Assembly: GCF_963506605.1 (NCBI RefSeq)
Contig: NC_083282.1
Location: 68,758,001 to 68,822,000 of the forward strand
Origin: Zootoca vivipara
Lineage: Eukaryota
Direction: 5' to 3'
DNA length: 64,000 nucleotides
Shown here piece after piece: positions 12,944 to 25,159 of this stretch; within the stretch, counting starts at the first letter, position 1, and each line of letters opens with the position of its first letter. The position numbers and the translations under genes are program-made. The notes below the pieces were generated by a model. It was given only the letters and a program-made list of their open reading frames with translations. It was not told where the DNA came from and made no database searches.

Positions 12944-13332
12944 CTATGTATAAGATCATGGTTTTGAGCAAATTTGTCACTCCACAACTGTTCTTAATAT
13001 ACCAGGCTCAGCTTTGCCCTCCCACATTTTATATACGAATCGCTTATAGTTATGTTCACATGTGCAATAACAATGTGCTTTGTTTGCTCAGCCTTTTTGT
13101 CCCGCACTAAGCCACAAATGCAATGACAATCCCTGGTGGGATCAAGGGCGTAGCCAGGATCAAAACTAGGGGGGGGCAAGCCATGATCATTCAGGGGCGG
13201 GGCCACAAAGTGGGAACGTGGGCGGGGCTACAGGGCCAGCTGGCCTGACGACATCGTGGTGGCGGCAGCGGCGGCAGCGGCCACCTTGTGCTTCTGGGGC
13301 TGGCAACGGCGGCGGCTACCCTGCTTGGCTGG

Positions 13333-14373
13333 AGAGGACGGGAGGGTCGGGCAGGCAAGAGGGGGTGACAGGGTGGGCGAGGGCAAGGCAAGGCACGGCC
13401 GCAGTCACGACGGCTCCGAGGCGTTGCTGCATATCAGCATAATATTTCAACCATGTTGTGGGTTCAAGCCCCACCTTAGGAAAAAATTCCTGCATTGCAG
13501 GGGGTTGGACTAGATGACCCTTGTGGTCCCTTCCGACTACAATTCTATGATTCTATTGATATATTGCCATAGCATATGCATCATTCTGCTTTCTTGAATT
13601 GTCCTACTCCTAGGCATAGCAGCCAACGCCTAGAGGCCTAGGTGCCTCCCCCCCCCCCAAATACTGGTAAATACCGTATGTGAAAGAGTCATCCCCCCCA
13701 TGTTGATCGGCTTTCTATGTGGGGCTTATCTGCCCCCCCATATTTTATTAAGAATGGAAGAGGGAGGGAAGGAAGGAAGAAATAGAGAGAGGGATAACTC
13801 ATATTTGTGGGTGCCTCTGGGTGACGCTGTGATGCTGGAACTCTGCAGCAAGAGGACGGGAGGGTCGGGCAGGCGAGAGGGGGTGGCAGGGCGGGTGAGG
13901 GCGAGGGAAGGCACGGCCGCAGTCACGACAGCTCCGAGGCGTTGCTGCATATCAGCATAATATTTCAACCATGTTGTGGGTTCAAGCCCCACCTTGGGGA
14001 AAAAATCCTGCATTGCAGGGGGTTGGACTAGATGACCCTTGTGGTCCCTTCCGACTACAATTCTATGATTCCATTGATATATTACCATAGCATAAGCATC
14101 ATTCTGCTTTCTTGAATTGTCCTAGGCATAGCAGCCAACTCCTAGAGGCCTAGGTGCCTCCCCCCCAAAAGAAATTACTGGTAAATACTGTATTTTAAAG
14201 AGTCCTCCCCCCCATGTTGATGGGCTTTCTATGTGGGGCTTATCTGCCCCCCCCCAGTATTTTATTGAGGATGGAAGAGGGAGGAAAGGAAGGAAGAAAT
14301 AGAGAGAGGGATAACTCACATTTGTGGGTGCCTCTGGGTGACGCTGTGATGCTAGAACTCTGCAGCAAGAGGA
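13333..14373. repeat. Tandem duplication of a ~518-bp unit (13333-13850, 13851-14367); each unit contains a tRNA-box/CR1-tail SINE fragment
   Basis: Two collinear near-identical units with AGAGGA at all three junctions. Confidence 0.92.
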
Positions 14374-14433
14374 AGATACCGGTACACCTGTACAGGAGCC
14401 TTGTAAGCAGCTTTCTCTCTGCTTGATTTACAG

Positions 14434-14769
14434 CAGGCACGTCCAACAGGTAGATTGTGATCTACCAGTAGATCACTGGATGTCTGTGGTAGATCACTGC
14501 TAGATCACTGGCACCCCTAAAAAAAGCTCACCCAAATTTTTCCTCCTCCCTAAAAAAAGCTGAACTATGACCTGAAGCCCTAAACAAAAATGGGCCTCCC
14601 TCTCTCCTAAAAGAAGCTCAACAAGTTTGACCCAAACCCCCCAAAACAGGGCTTCCCTTCCTTAAAAAAACTCAACAGCTTTGACCTGAACCCCCCAAAA
14701 GGGGGTAGATCACTCCCAGTTTTTAACTCTGTGAATAGATCAGAGTCTCTTGGGAGGTGGCCACCCCTG
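14434..14769. mobile_element. hAT MITE nested in the composite hAT
   Basis: Perfect 8-bp TSD ATTTACAG; CAGG...CCTG ends; repeated GTAGATCAC subterminal motifs. Confidence 0.8.
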
Positions 14770-16298
14770 ATTTACAGTATACAGATGCAGGAGGAGGGGC
14801 AGACTGGAACACCAATGCTTTTTATAAACATCACTGTGTCTATCAAAGCTACAGCCCCCCCTTCTTATTCACTTCCTTTTAGCCTTGCAGGGCCACCTTA
14901 GTCAAATTGAATCCTCTGCACCCTCATTAAATCGCCAATAGAACTGTTAATGCGATCCCTGAATGCCCATTAACAACTCCCACTGAATAACAATAGGGTG
15001 AATAGGGTGGACCTTGCCTGAAGGGATATTCTGCTCCATTGTCTTAACTGCTTAAGTACTGGTAGCCACTTTGCTTTATTTATTTGATGTGTTTTTGTTA
15101 CAGCTGTGTTCCCGCCCCCAGCAAGTGGAGAGCTGCTCTTGCTAAAGCAAAGCCCTTTCCACTTCAGTTTTTGGAGGGGCAAAGTATTGGTTATGGTCTG
15201 TAAAATACAATAATTTTTTGCTTCTAGGGGGGGGCAGCTGCCCCCTCCTGCCCCCCCCTGTCTACACCCATGGGTGGGATCATGCTGAGTCCTGCAATAC
15301 TGTATAGATATTTACTACAATGGTAGGCTCTATATGTCTGCTATACCGCATTGTACCTTAGACATCAGAGGCTCATTTACCATAATCGTCTATGTCTCCT
15401 ACTTGCTGGTAATGTGCAGGTTGCCAGCTCAGATCATGAGTCCATTTACTGCCCCCTGGAACAACCAATCCCATGTAGGCATATCAAGCCAAGGCAGTTA
15501 AGTAATGCACCATGTGTTTATATTGGCTGGATTTATATTTATTTAGTTTTGTTTTGCTATCACATTTTATCTTTTTACGTGAGCCGTGCTTTTCTGGAGA
15601 TAACCACGAGAGGATTAGAAACGTGAGGATAACTGAGCTTCCCCCCACCCCAATCAAATTATTAGAAAGGCTTTTTAATCTGTCTTCTAGTTGGGTGATT
15701 ACTGTGGTTCCCTTAGTTTCTATTTTTAGGCCGATTTCTCACTTTGGTGCAAACCTTTTTCTGGACTATACCACTTCGGATGGCAAGGGAGGGTGGTTCC
15801 CTTGAAGATTCTGTAAAAACACCCCAATCATTCCATCTCCATAAAAATAGCATGCCACTGAGAAGGTGTGGCTAGGACAGAAACTTTATTTCTGACATAT
15901 AGGGCCTCTGTCTGCACTATACACTGAAAGCAGTATTAAACCATTTTAACAGTCAATAATCTTGGGAAGCATAGTTTGTTATGGAAGCTGGGAATTGTTT
16001 GGATACATTATCTGTGCCCCCTGCTTCAATTCTAAGAGGACCTTGGAAAATGGATTGATTGCTAAACCACTTTGGGAACTATAGCTCTCTTTCGGGAACG
16101 GGATCCTCCTAACAACTCTCAACACCCTTAACAAACTGCATTTCCAGGATTCTTTGGGGGAAACCATGACTCATTGATCACTGGACTGTGACTGTAAACT
16201 AATCTCTGTTTGTTGTGCATGTGCCTCTTCTGAACAAAGCTCAGTCTTGCAACCAAGAATCACGGGGCCATAAGAGATCCCTCAGATGGCATCTAGAG

Positions 16299-16620
16299 CA
16301 GGGTCCCCAAACTACGGCCCCCGGGCCGGATGTGGCCCAATCGGCCTCCCAATCCGGCCCGCGACGCCCCCCGCCGCCCGCTGCCGCCGCGCGCCGATCT
16401 TAAAAATCGGCAAAAAATTGCCGAAAATCCTTTGTGCGCATGCGTATGGGCCTCTCCCGACCCAGAAGAGGTCATTTCCGATGCACTTCCGGGTCGGGGG
16501 AGGCCCATACGCATGCGCACAAGCGATTTTCGGCGATTTTTTCCCGACCGTGTGCGTGTGCGCATGGGCGCGCACTCCCCTGCCCTCCGGCCCGCCGCGC
16601 GGTAAGTCTGGGGACCCCTG
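16299..16620. mobile_element. Young CpG-rich hAT-Charlie MITE (OC1-like termini) with a long internal palindrome
   Basis: Perfect 8-bp TSD ATCTAGAG; TIRs CAGGGTCCCCAAACT / AGTCTGGGGACCCCTG. Confidence 0.88.
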
Positions 16621-18109
16621 ATCTAGAGTATTCCCTTCCATGCCAGTTTACAACAATATCCACACTTATCTGCTCAATTTAATGGTTGCTTCTTACAAAC
16701 ATAATTTCCTAAGCAGAGGGACAAGTGCAAGCCTTGTGTTATTCTGCTCATAGATAATCTATACATTAATACCGTAGCAGGTGGATAGGGCCTGATTGAC
16801 ACCAGGGCCACAGCTAATGGGGAGGGTGCATTTTCCATTTTCTTCTCTCCTGTGATCCCAATGAAATCCCCCCTCCCACATTTGCTGTTATTAGCTTTAG
16901 AGGGAAAGTTCCCATGGAGGTTTGGCAGGGAGGGAATTGGCATTAGGATTACAGTAGGTGAGGGAAAGAATTAAAACTTCCCACCCTGCATGTTGCAGCC
17001 TTCAGAGCTACCTTTCCCAGCACCCATAACAAACTACAGTTTCCTTGCAGGAAGTCATGTGCTTTAAGTATGCACTGAGCCTACTTTAAATGTATAGCAT
17101 GGATCTGCCCATGTTCATAAAGGTGTTTTCAGCGTATATTGTTTGCTCCTGAGTATGAGTGTGTTATGTGTTGGCATATAAATGGAACTCCCCAGCAGAG
17201 GGCAGATATGATATGTTCTATAACCTTGGGAAAGAAAAGTTGCCTTTCAGTTGGATAATAACTTTATTTTGATTAATTTCAGGAGAAAAATAATGTGCTA
17301 GAACCACATCTAATGCACTGTGGTAATGGTCCCCCCCCAAACTTATAATCAAAAGAAAGTTTCTGTTACAAGTACAGTTTTGATAGTGAGTAATTCTTAA
17401 TATGTTAAGCAGATTTCACTTTTAGAGTTTGTAGTTTGTAAATATGTGGGATCAGTAAACTGGCCTATCACAGAATAAAAAGGCAAAATATTGCCGGTTC
17501 AGTTAGACTAATGTACCATTTATAAATCAGCAGCAGCAGCCACTGAACTAGCAACATTCTGCTTTTTTATTCTGTGTATAATTTGTATAATTGGGTTAAA
17601 CTTTGGGAAATTGATAAAAATAATTGGCAAAAAACCCACAACCCATATTGAATAATAGCCTTATGGCCAAAGTCTCGCAAGAACTGGAGTTGCTGAAACG
17701 ATGTGTATAAACATAGTTGCTATTTATTCTAGAAGCATGGATAATTAAGCAAATGGTGCGAGACACAGCTCTGTACCTTCTGTTATCTATTCACATGAGT
17801 GTGTGGTGATGTGGGCTTTCAAAAAGATGAGACAGAGAGAGGAAAAAACTATTCCTATTCTACCACCCCCACTCCTGCACTTCTAAATTTGAATCCTCTT
17901 TCCCACCCTGTAATAATGCTCAAAGGGGACTTATTCTTCTTAGCACTGCTGAAGGTACAGGGTTGAGATGAAAAAAAATGGGTGTCTTATTTCAGTAGTA
18001 AGACAGTCCCTGCTCTCAGGTTCACAATAAAAACACAACACTGGAGGAAAGAAAGCTCTGCATTGGAATTTCAAGTGGTTACTAAATAAAAAGTATTAAG
18101 CAGGAGGAC

Positions 18110-19844
18110 TTCTGGTTCACCACGCTGGAAAGAGGGCGCAGAAGCTGCGAGCTCCGCGGCTTCTGGCTACTGCGGGGGGGGGGGGAATCCGCGGGGGCAC
18201 GCGGATCCCCGTTAGACCCTGGGTAGAGCGTCCCAGGGGCTGTTTTTGCCTGGCGCTGCTCCTTAACGCGACTCCTCTGCTGCCCAGGGAGCTCGGCAGA
18301 GTCCCTGAGAGTCTGCGGAGTGGAAGTCGCGGGAGCCATTTTGGGCACTGTCAACACCTCCAGCAAGCGAAGCCCTGAGCCTTCAACCAGCCAGCGGTGG
18401 ATTTCCTCCGAAAAATTGCACGGTTTGGAAAAGAACTCCATGTGAGTAAAAATTTTGATTGGGAACGTTAAGTAAAAGATTGGACACGGTGGGAGATTTT
18501 AAAGTTCGGAAGTCGGTCTCCCACATTGCTTTTTTAAGACGCAGTAACCTGATCCCTAACAAGGGAATTGAGAGGAAGCAACCAATTTGTCAGAAATCAG
18601 ACTCTTAAAACCCTCCAGGAGACTGGATCTTGGTTCCTGGAAAGATCAGTGAATGGATTTAATATTTCTGCTGACAGCATGATGGGACTATGTTAAATAT
18701 TTGGATTAATGGAATAGCCAGAACTGGACTTAAAATGGTTTCCACTATGGAATTTGACTCCTGCCACATCCGGTCTTCCTATCTTCTGTTTTCCCACGGG
18801 ATTTGAGAGGCAAGGACAAAGGCAGCCACAACATCAATGCAGGACTTTTATTGTCAAAGGATTTATTCGGAACTTTTGAATATTAAAGATGTGCTGGACA
18901 AGAACAATATGCAGTGGCGATGAATAAATAAAAAACTTGAGGAGTTAAGTGACAACGTGGAAAACGACAAGGAAAGAGACGAGACCAGCGCCGAGGAATT
19001 TAAGGAAGAATTGAAAATGGTAGAAAATAATGACAATTTAGAAGATCTTCAAAGCTGCAAAGAAGAGGAGAAAGAAGGATGGCAAAATGCCCCACAACTG
19101 GGAGATGTGGGGCAAGCTCAGGACTTGAAAGAAGAATTCCTCAACGGTGAACCAGGGGGGGTCCATGCACACCCAGTGAGAGAGGGAGTGCAGGGAAGTC
19201 TCTGGGAAAATGGAATGCCAGGATGGTGTTGGGGATCAGCAAGAAAAGTGGGGAAGCAACAGGCAGGTTTTAAAAAATATGGCTGGAAGTTTACGGAAAG
19301 GGTAGGAGTGGGTTAAAAGTTATAACTAGGTTTTTAGGTTGGGTGTAATGGGAAAGTCCGACACTGGTCTGAACTATGGAATTTGCTGAGACATCTGGGT
19401 AATCTGGGTCCAGGGGAAGGGGGGGAAGAATGAAGTATTAAAAATGGAATTTCGTTTCTGATAAAAAGTTAAGTTGGGGAAATGTAATTAATTGATATAT
19501 GTATTTAAAAAAATTGAGTTTTGTTTTTTAGATAAAATTGAAAGGTGATAATTAGAGAGGAAATTTTAATTAAATTAAAAATAATTGGTATTATATGAAA
19601 ACTGCTTTATAAGGAATTTCAATAGGGAACCAATGAGGGGGGAACCGGGGGAGTCCAAATGTGATAATGTGATAATGATGATATAAGATTATTAGGTCTT
19701 TTTTTATTCTTCTTTTTTGTGTGGTTTTTTTTCTGTTTTGTATTTCTTTTTTGTGCTTTCTTTTTTTCTTTTTTTCTTTTTGCTCTTTTGTATTCGATGT
19801 ATTTTTTTCTGTTTATGTGAAAAATGAATAAAGATGAATTAAAA
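18110..19844 (+). mobile_element. Short L1-type non-autonomous retroposon (HAL1-like: 5'UTR, decayed ORF1-like region, 3'UTR, no ORF2)
   Basis: 22-bp direct repeat AAAAAGTATTAAGCAGGAGGAC at 18088-18109 and 19845-19866; GC/CpG-rich 5' end; A-rich acidic ORF remnant 18957..19316; T-rich 3'UTR, AATAAA and poly(A). Confidence 0.75.
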
Positions 19845-20471
19845 AAAAAGTATTAAGCAGGAGGACATGCTGGCTAGACAGAAGTCAGAATACTGTTAAG
19901 ACCGGATGGTACATTGACCATGGCATAGATCGTCTCTGGTCTAAGGAAGCCCAAAACATCCTAGGCTGGGGGGGATGATCATGATGAAATTGACAATGTG
20001 GTCCACAGACATCCATAAAATCAGAGGTCTGCACATTTCTGGCTTCCCATAATTTGTGGTCACCATTCTTCCTTTTTGGAAGTCCTCTGCACATGCCACA
20101 GAACATGGAGGATGACAGGGAAGCATGTTCAAGCATCTGCCATTGACCAGGGGACCAAGGACCACTGGGAGGCTGCACACCTTTCCAATAAGTACATCAT
20201 GGCAAAGGGGAGAGCAATCTGTCCCCATGCATCAACCAGAGAAGGAACAATTGCAGGGACCTTGCTTGCCTACCTGTCAGAAAGGATACTCTCTGCCAAC
20301 TTCCAGTTGACCTAGGGCTGGAAAGCTTAAAGGAAAGTACATTTTGGTCTCTGCCATCAGCCAGGAAGCTAAGCCAGTGTGGTAAGACTGTCAGACCTGG
20401 GAGACCAGGTTTCCAATGAAGCTCAGTGCATGGCCATGGGTCCATCACCATCTTTGAGCCGATCTCACAAG

Positions 20472-20603
20472 GTTGTTGTTTTTTAGTCGTGTCCGACTCT
20501 TTGTGACCCCATGGACCAGAGCACGCCAGGCACTCCTGTGCTCAACTGCCTCCCGCAATTTGGTCAGACTCATGTTGATAGCTTTGAAAACACTGTCCAA
20601 CCA
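20472..20603 (-). mobile_element. RTE/BovB LINE 3' end inserted in a MIR-like SINE (~20372-20700)
   Basis: AGTCGTGTCCGACTCTTTGTGACCCCATGGAC is the reverse of the BovB-type 3' terminus, with a (CAA)n tail; flanked by ACAAGGTWGTTGT repeats. Confidence 0.75.
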
Positions 20604-21212
20604 ACAAGGTAGTTGTGAGAATAAAATGGAGAGGGAAGAATAATGTATGCTGTTTTGAGCTCCTTGGAGGAAAGATGGAATATAAATGTAGACAATTAAT
20701 AAAAATGGGCTTCTGAGTGCTGTGTGTGTGTGTATTATTACAATCTATTGCAAGCTGCCTTGATGATCATTTCATCAAAAGGAAGAATAAGAATCTTTTG
20801 AAATAATTAATTAGATGGATGGGTTTATCCTAGGAAAAACCAGGTCTCCATCTCACTTTGGAAATGTGAATACATGTGTGTGTGTTACTTCTATTGCTTC
20901 AGGATGGAGTGATTCCATAGCTGCCAAGTTTTCCCTTTTCTCGCGAGGAAGCCTATTCAGCATAAGGGAAAATCCCTGTAAAAAAGGGATAACTTGGCAG
21001 CTATGAGTGATTCTGAATCTCAGCACCATGCCATAGGGGACCCACCTTCTCTCTTCTCCCAACTAGGAATTGGAAATGAGCAGTTTCTCATTTCTGAGAT
21101 CTCCAAAGCTCAGAAGGGCAATGTGAGAAATCCCTCTTCTCCTTTCCTTGAGAGAGGAAGGAGGTTCTCTCATGTGGACTTGGATTAGGCCCTTTGCCAA
21201 ATGAATTGGTAG

Positions 21213-21474
21213 CAGTGGTGTGCAGTCAGTAGACTAGGGGGACCAGGCTAGTCCTTTAAATGTTCCTGGTAAATTAGAGTATTAAAGCCTGGTGCTTCCT
21301 TCCCAAAGCCCAGGAAGCTTCTGCCCGACTTAGGGAGGGAGGCGCAATGGTCACATGTGCAATGTCAGACCATCATGATATCATGCGTGTAGTGTTCCCC
21401 ACCCCACATTGTCCTCATAAGGTGATGTCTGGCCCTAACTGTTCCCCTACGAAAAAGTTCACCGCACGCCACTA
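21213..21474. mobile_element. hAT (Tip100-like) MITE
   Basis: TIRs CAGTGGTGTGC / GCACGCCACTA; 7/8 TSD ATTGGTAG/ATTGGTTG. Confidence 0.6.
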
Positions 21475-22582
21475 ATTGGTTGAGGCCTTTAAAAGCAACA
21501 TAGATTCTAGATGGTGTCATTTCCCCTCCTAGATACCTCAGATTTTTTTTGTTCATCTTCCAAATTGTGCATTGGAGAGCTGATCATTGCTGACTTATTT
21601 ATAATAACCAGATCAATCTAATTACCCATGTTTTCAATCACCTTACTTGTTCTTCAGGAAATGATAATCACCTCTGTCCTGAATACACAGCTTTACTATG
21701 TATCGGAAGGCCTATTATTTTCTCTTTTGACTCATCTGATAGTGAGCAGGAGTAGCTAAAATGGAATTTAAAATGTGAGAGTTAATAAGCATCTGCCCAC
21801 TCTTTTGGGTGGCAGCATGTTCTCAAACTTGGCTATAAGTCAAACATGTTTGGACTAAGACAAAGAAGAGGGAGCGTAAGCAAAAACTGTACACACTATT
21901 AATCAACAGTTATTCAACATTTTAATATAGAAAGTGCTTTGCAGTCATTACCTCTTTTAATTTTATAGCAACTCTAGATCATTTATTGAATTATGATAAG
22001 TTCTACAAAACAAACTTACCCAAAACCACCTGCATAAATAATTGACTGAGTGAAAATATGAATCTGACATTCCAGTATTTTAGCCATTTGCTTCTGTTCC
22101 TGGTTCTTCAGGAAGCGCTTAGGAAGCGTAATATTAAATCTGCCAGACTGAAATCTTGCTATTCAAGCCTAATCATCAAGAAATTGCACAAGAACATCTG
22201 GCAACTTTGGGAACATGTGGAAGTGCAAATTTAGTCTCAGCTACAGAGGTTACTCCTTCAGATCAAGGATGAAGTATAATTATGTTTCATATTATGTGGG
22301 AAGGTTGCACACTTCACCCATCTCACTATTGGTAAAGAAGATAATTGCAGCAGTCTTCATGCCTTGTTGGTACAGCACCACTCAAAAGTACCAATCTGAC
22401 AGAGGTGCGATACTTAATGTTTTAATTTTATTTGTCTATATATTATGATGTAGTGTTACTGTGGTTTTTATACTCAAGTTATGTTAAAAATGTTAGCAAA
22501 GTAGCATCATAATAGCAAAGTAAAAAAGAGAGTATTTGTGCATATGAGGAGTGCTTGTCTCACTGTCTGGTGTAAGTACAAC

Positions 22583-22717
22583 CAGTGTTTTTTTCCTAGA
22601 AAACTAGGTGCCGGTACTCACCATGAAGTTGTTATAGTAAGTGTCATACTTCTTAACAACAACAAAAGGGGGGCCGGTACTGCGTACCCTTGAGTACCCC
22701 TGGGGAGAAAAGCACTG
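22583..22717. mobile_element. Short hAT-like MITE
   Basis: CAGTGTTTTT / AAAAGCACTG ends with repeated GCCGGTACT motifs; TSD degenerate. Confidence 0.55.
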
Positions 22718-23317
22718 AGTAAACTACACATTGCCAAAAAAAAGAGGGAAAGCATCATAAGAAAAAGAGGACAATTATTTGCTTAAGTTTGCATATGCTA
22801 ATTTATATGCATAAATGGAAACTCAGAATTACTGTTATTTAAATAGAAACTCAATACATCTTACTATAGTGAAACAGTCTGTGCTGAGCTGACCTGTGTT
22901 GCCTACTCAATCTGCTATCCAGGTGCTAACTGCTGATGGATAATTTCAAGGTCTCTGCTCTTCCTTATGATGTCTGCTGAAAAAAAGGAAAGAAAAACAG
23001 GAAGGTACAACAGGAACACCATAGTAACAAAAGCAAAACTCTGTCATGCAAAAATAACATGTCTTCAGAGAAAAAGTCCAAAGTCTGCTCTGATATGCTT
23101 GCACAAATCTTTTTATTAGAGAATGTTTCATTTTAAATCAATGTACAGGCAGTGAAGCAGCATATAAAATTCCCTAGAAATTTGGGTGTATGCAGAAGAG
23201 GTTTTAGTATGCAACAATAGCAAGCAGCATATACCGTAATAAGGCATTTAAGTCCTGTTACTAAATCATGAAAAATCTCAAACCAGCAATGTGACTGCTT
23301 TTCATCATCACTATTCA

Positions 23318-23620
23318 TTTATTAATCACCTTCTAAACCACCATTTCAAGGTGATTTACACATAATATTATTAAAAATAGTTGAAAACATAAATACACAG
23401 CAACTACATTTAAAACAAAACTAAAACCCCAACGAAGTAGATACTTCTGCTAAAGAACCATTTATCCAGCTGGCAAAGCCTGTTGGGACAAAAATGTCTT
23501 AATTTATATCCGGAAAGTGAAGATAATGAGTGCCTGTCATATATTGACAGGAATGCTGTTCCACAGAACAGGACAGCCACACTAAAGGCCCTGCTCAGTG
23601 TTACCAAGACTTCAGAGATG
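23318..23620 (-). mobile_element. Old L2 3' fragment
   Basis: Minus frame remnant RAFSVAV..LW and an L2-type 3' terminus. Confidence 0.5.
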
Positions 23621-25159
23621 TTTGGAACTTGCAGGAGAAACTGTCACACAGACCATAGGGATATAGATGTTGCTGTTATCTTTAAGATGAATAGAATATT
23701 AAGAGCAAGTCTGTCACTTAGGATTGTCAGAGAATGTTAAGGTCAGTTGATGGATGTTGTACATGTATGTGGTGCCTGCTTACTAATAAAATATCTGTTC
23801 TAATCACTACATTGAATTTGTCTTCATACAAAAGACAACACACAGACAGTGTTAAAGTTACTACTGAGGCAGTACATATAAGAGATCTGGAGAATGGCAG
23901 GTGCAGGGCTTGATCAAAGGAGAAGTATTGTTGCTACTTTGTGATGTGGTGTTTGTTAGCACTACAATACTGACATTCATCAGTGTGTCAGAACTGTTTT
24001 TCTGTGCACACCAGTACTTCTCAGGGTGGAGACTTCCTGGAAAGGTAGTGCTATCTTGTTGAGCCAACTTTACTGGTGTAGCTGCACAACATAAGCCAGA
24101 TATATCAAACCCTCTCTCCCATGTCCTTAAGATTTCCAGTTACTTCAGTCAGTCAATGTTTTTATCCTTTGCACTGTTTTTTCCTGTTGTGTTATAACTA
24201 GATTGCGCTTTTGAAGATGTTCAGGGCTCCTCTACTTTTCACTCTTTCTATCAATGATGTAAACTTAAAGCCTAAAACAGGCTATTTTCCTCTTTGGTCC
24301 CATTAAATATCCATTCCATTGTATGGGGAGCAACACAATCATGCTTTCGTCCATACTAATTGAGATGAAATAGCTACTGAAAGACTATGGGCCATTTACA
24401 TTTAATGTAAATTTTATACATTTGCAATATACATTATACATTTGCATTACTTCTTCACAGATACAGTACCATAGTTATGTTTGGACATCATCATCCAAAT
24501 AGTTAGAGATGGACAAGTAACTAAACAAGGAGAAAAGTCAAACTATATTTTTATATTACCGGTAGTTCACACAGATCACCTGAAACTGCCACTCGGCTTC
24601 TTCTTCTGTGCTAAGGCAAGCTGGGTTTCATTATATCAGAAAAGGGCAGGTTTTTCTGAGCGCCCGGGTGGTCTCACAAATCACTCCTGACTCGAAGATT
24701 TCAGAGCTGACCTTAACAAACCAACTGGAAATTCTCTAAAATAAATTCCTTACAGTGTTACCTTCCACCTCAGCAACAAATAACTGGACGAAGGTCAGCC
24801 TAATGCTTGCACAGTTTCCTATACTTCTAATTGTGTGTTTCTATAATAGTTAAAGACAATAACATTGAGGACAGGGTCCTCTATAAATCAGAACATGATG
24901 CACGGACCGTGGTTCACAAAAACTCGTGCCATAATAAATGTGTTAAGTCCCCAGGACTCTTGCTGTTTTGTTTTTTTTTGCAAATGAGTCAGGGGCACAT
25001 GTCAACCACAGCGGTTTCCCCCACAGCTCGAAACAAAAATTGGGTGAACTCAACTACAGAGTTGACAGCCTTCAGGCACCACCTTAAGAACAGGACGAAA
25101 CCTGTAGAAGCCCTTTCCCCTGGATCCAACCCACCCCTTCTTTTCGAGTAAACAGAAAC

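Larger units (their letters stand above)
13143..15272. mobile_element. 2.1-kb composite non-autonomous hAT element
   Basis: Perfect 8-bp TSD GGTGGGAT (13135-13142, 15273-15280); TIRs CAAGGGCGTAGCCAGG / CCTGTCTACACCCATG; no transposase. Confidence 0.8.

Noticed and set aside
13333-14373. Assembly artefact, or CRISPR-like array
   Set aside because: The two units differ by multiple substitutions and indels, so the duplication is real and older. There is no repeat-spacer organisation, and the DNA is eukaryotic.
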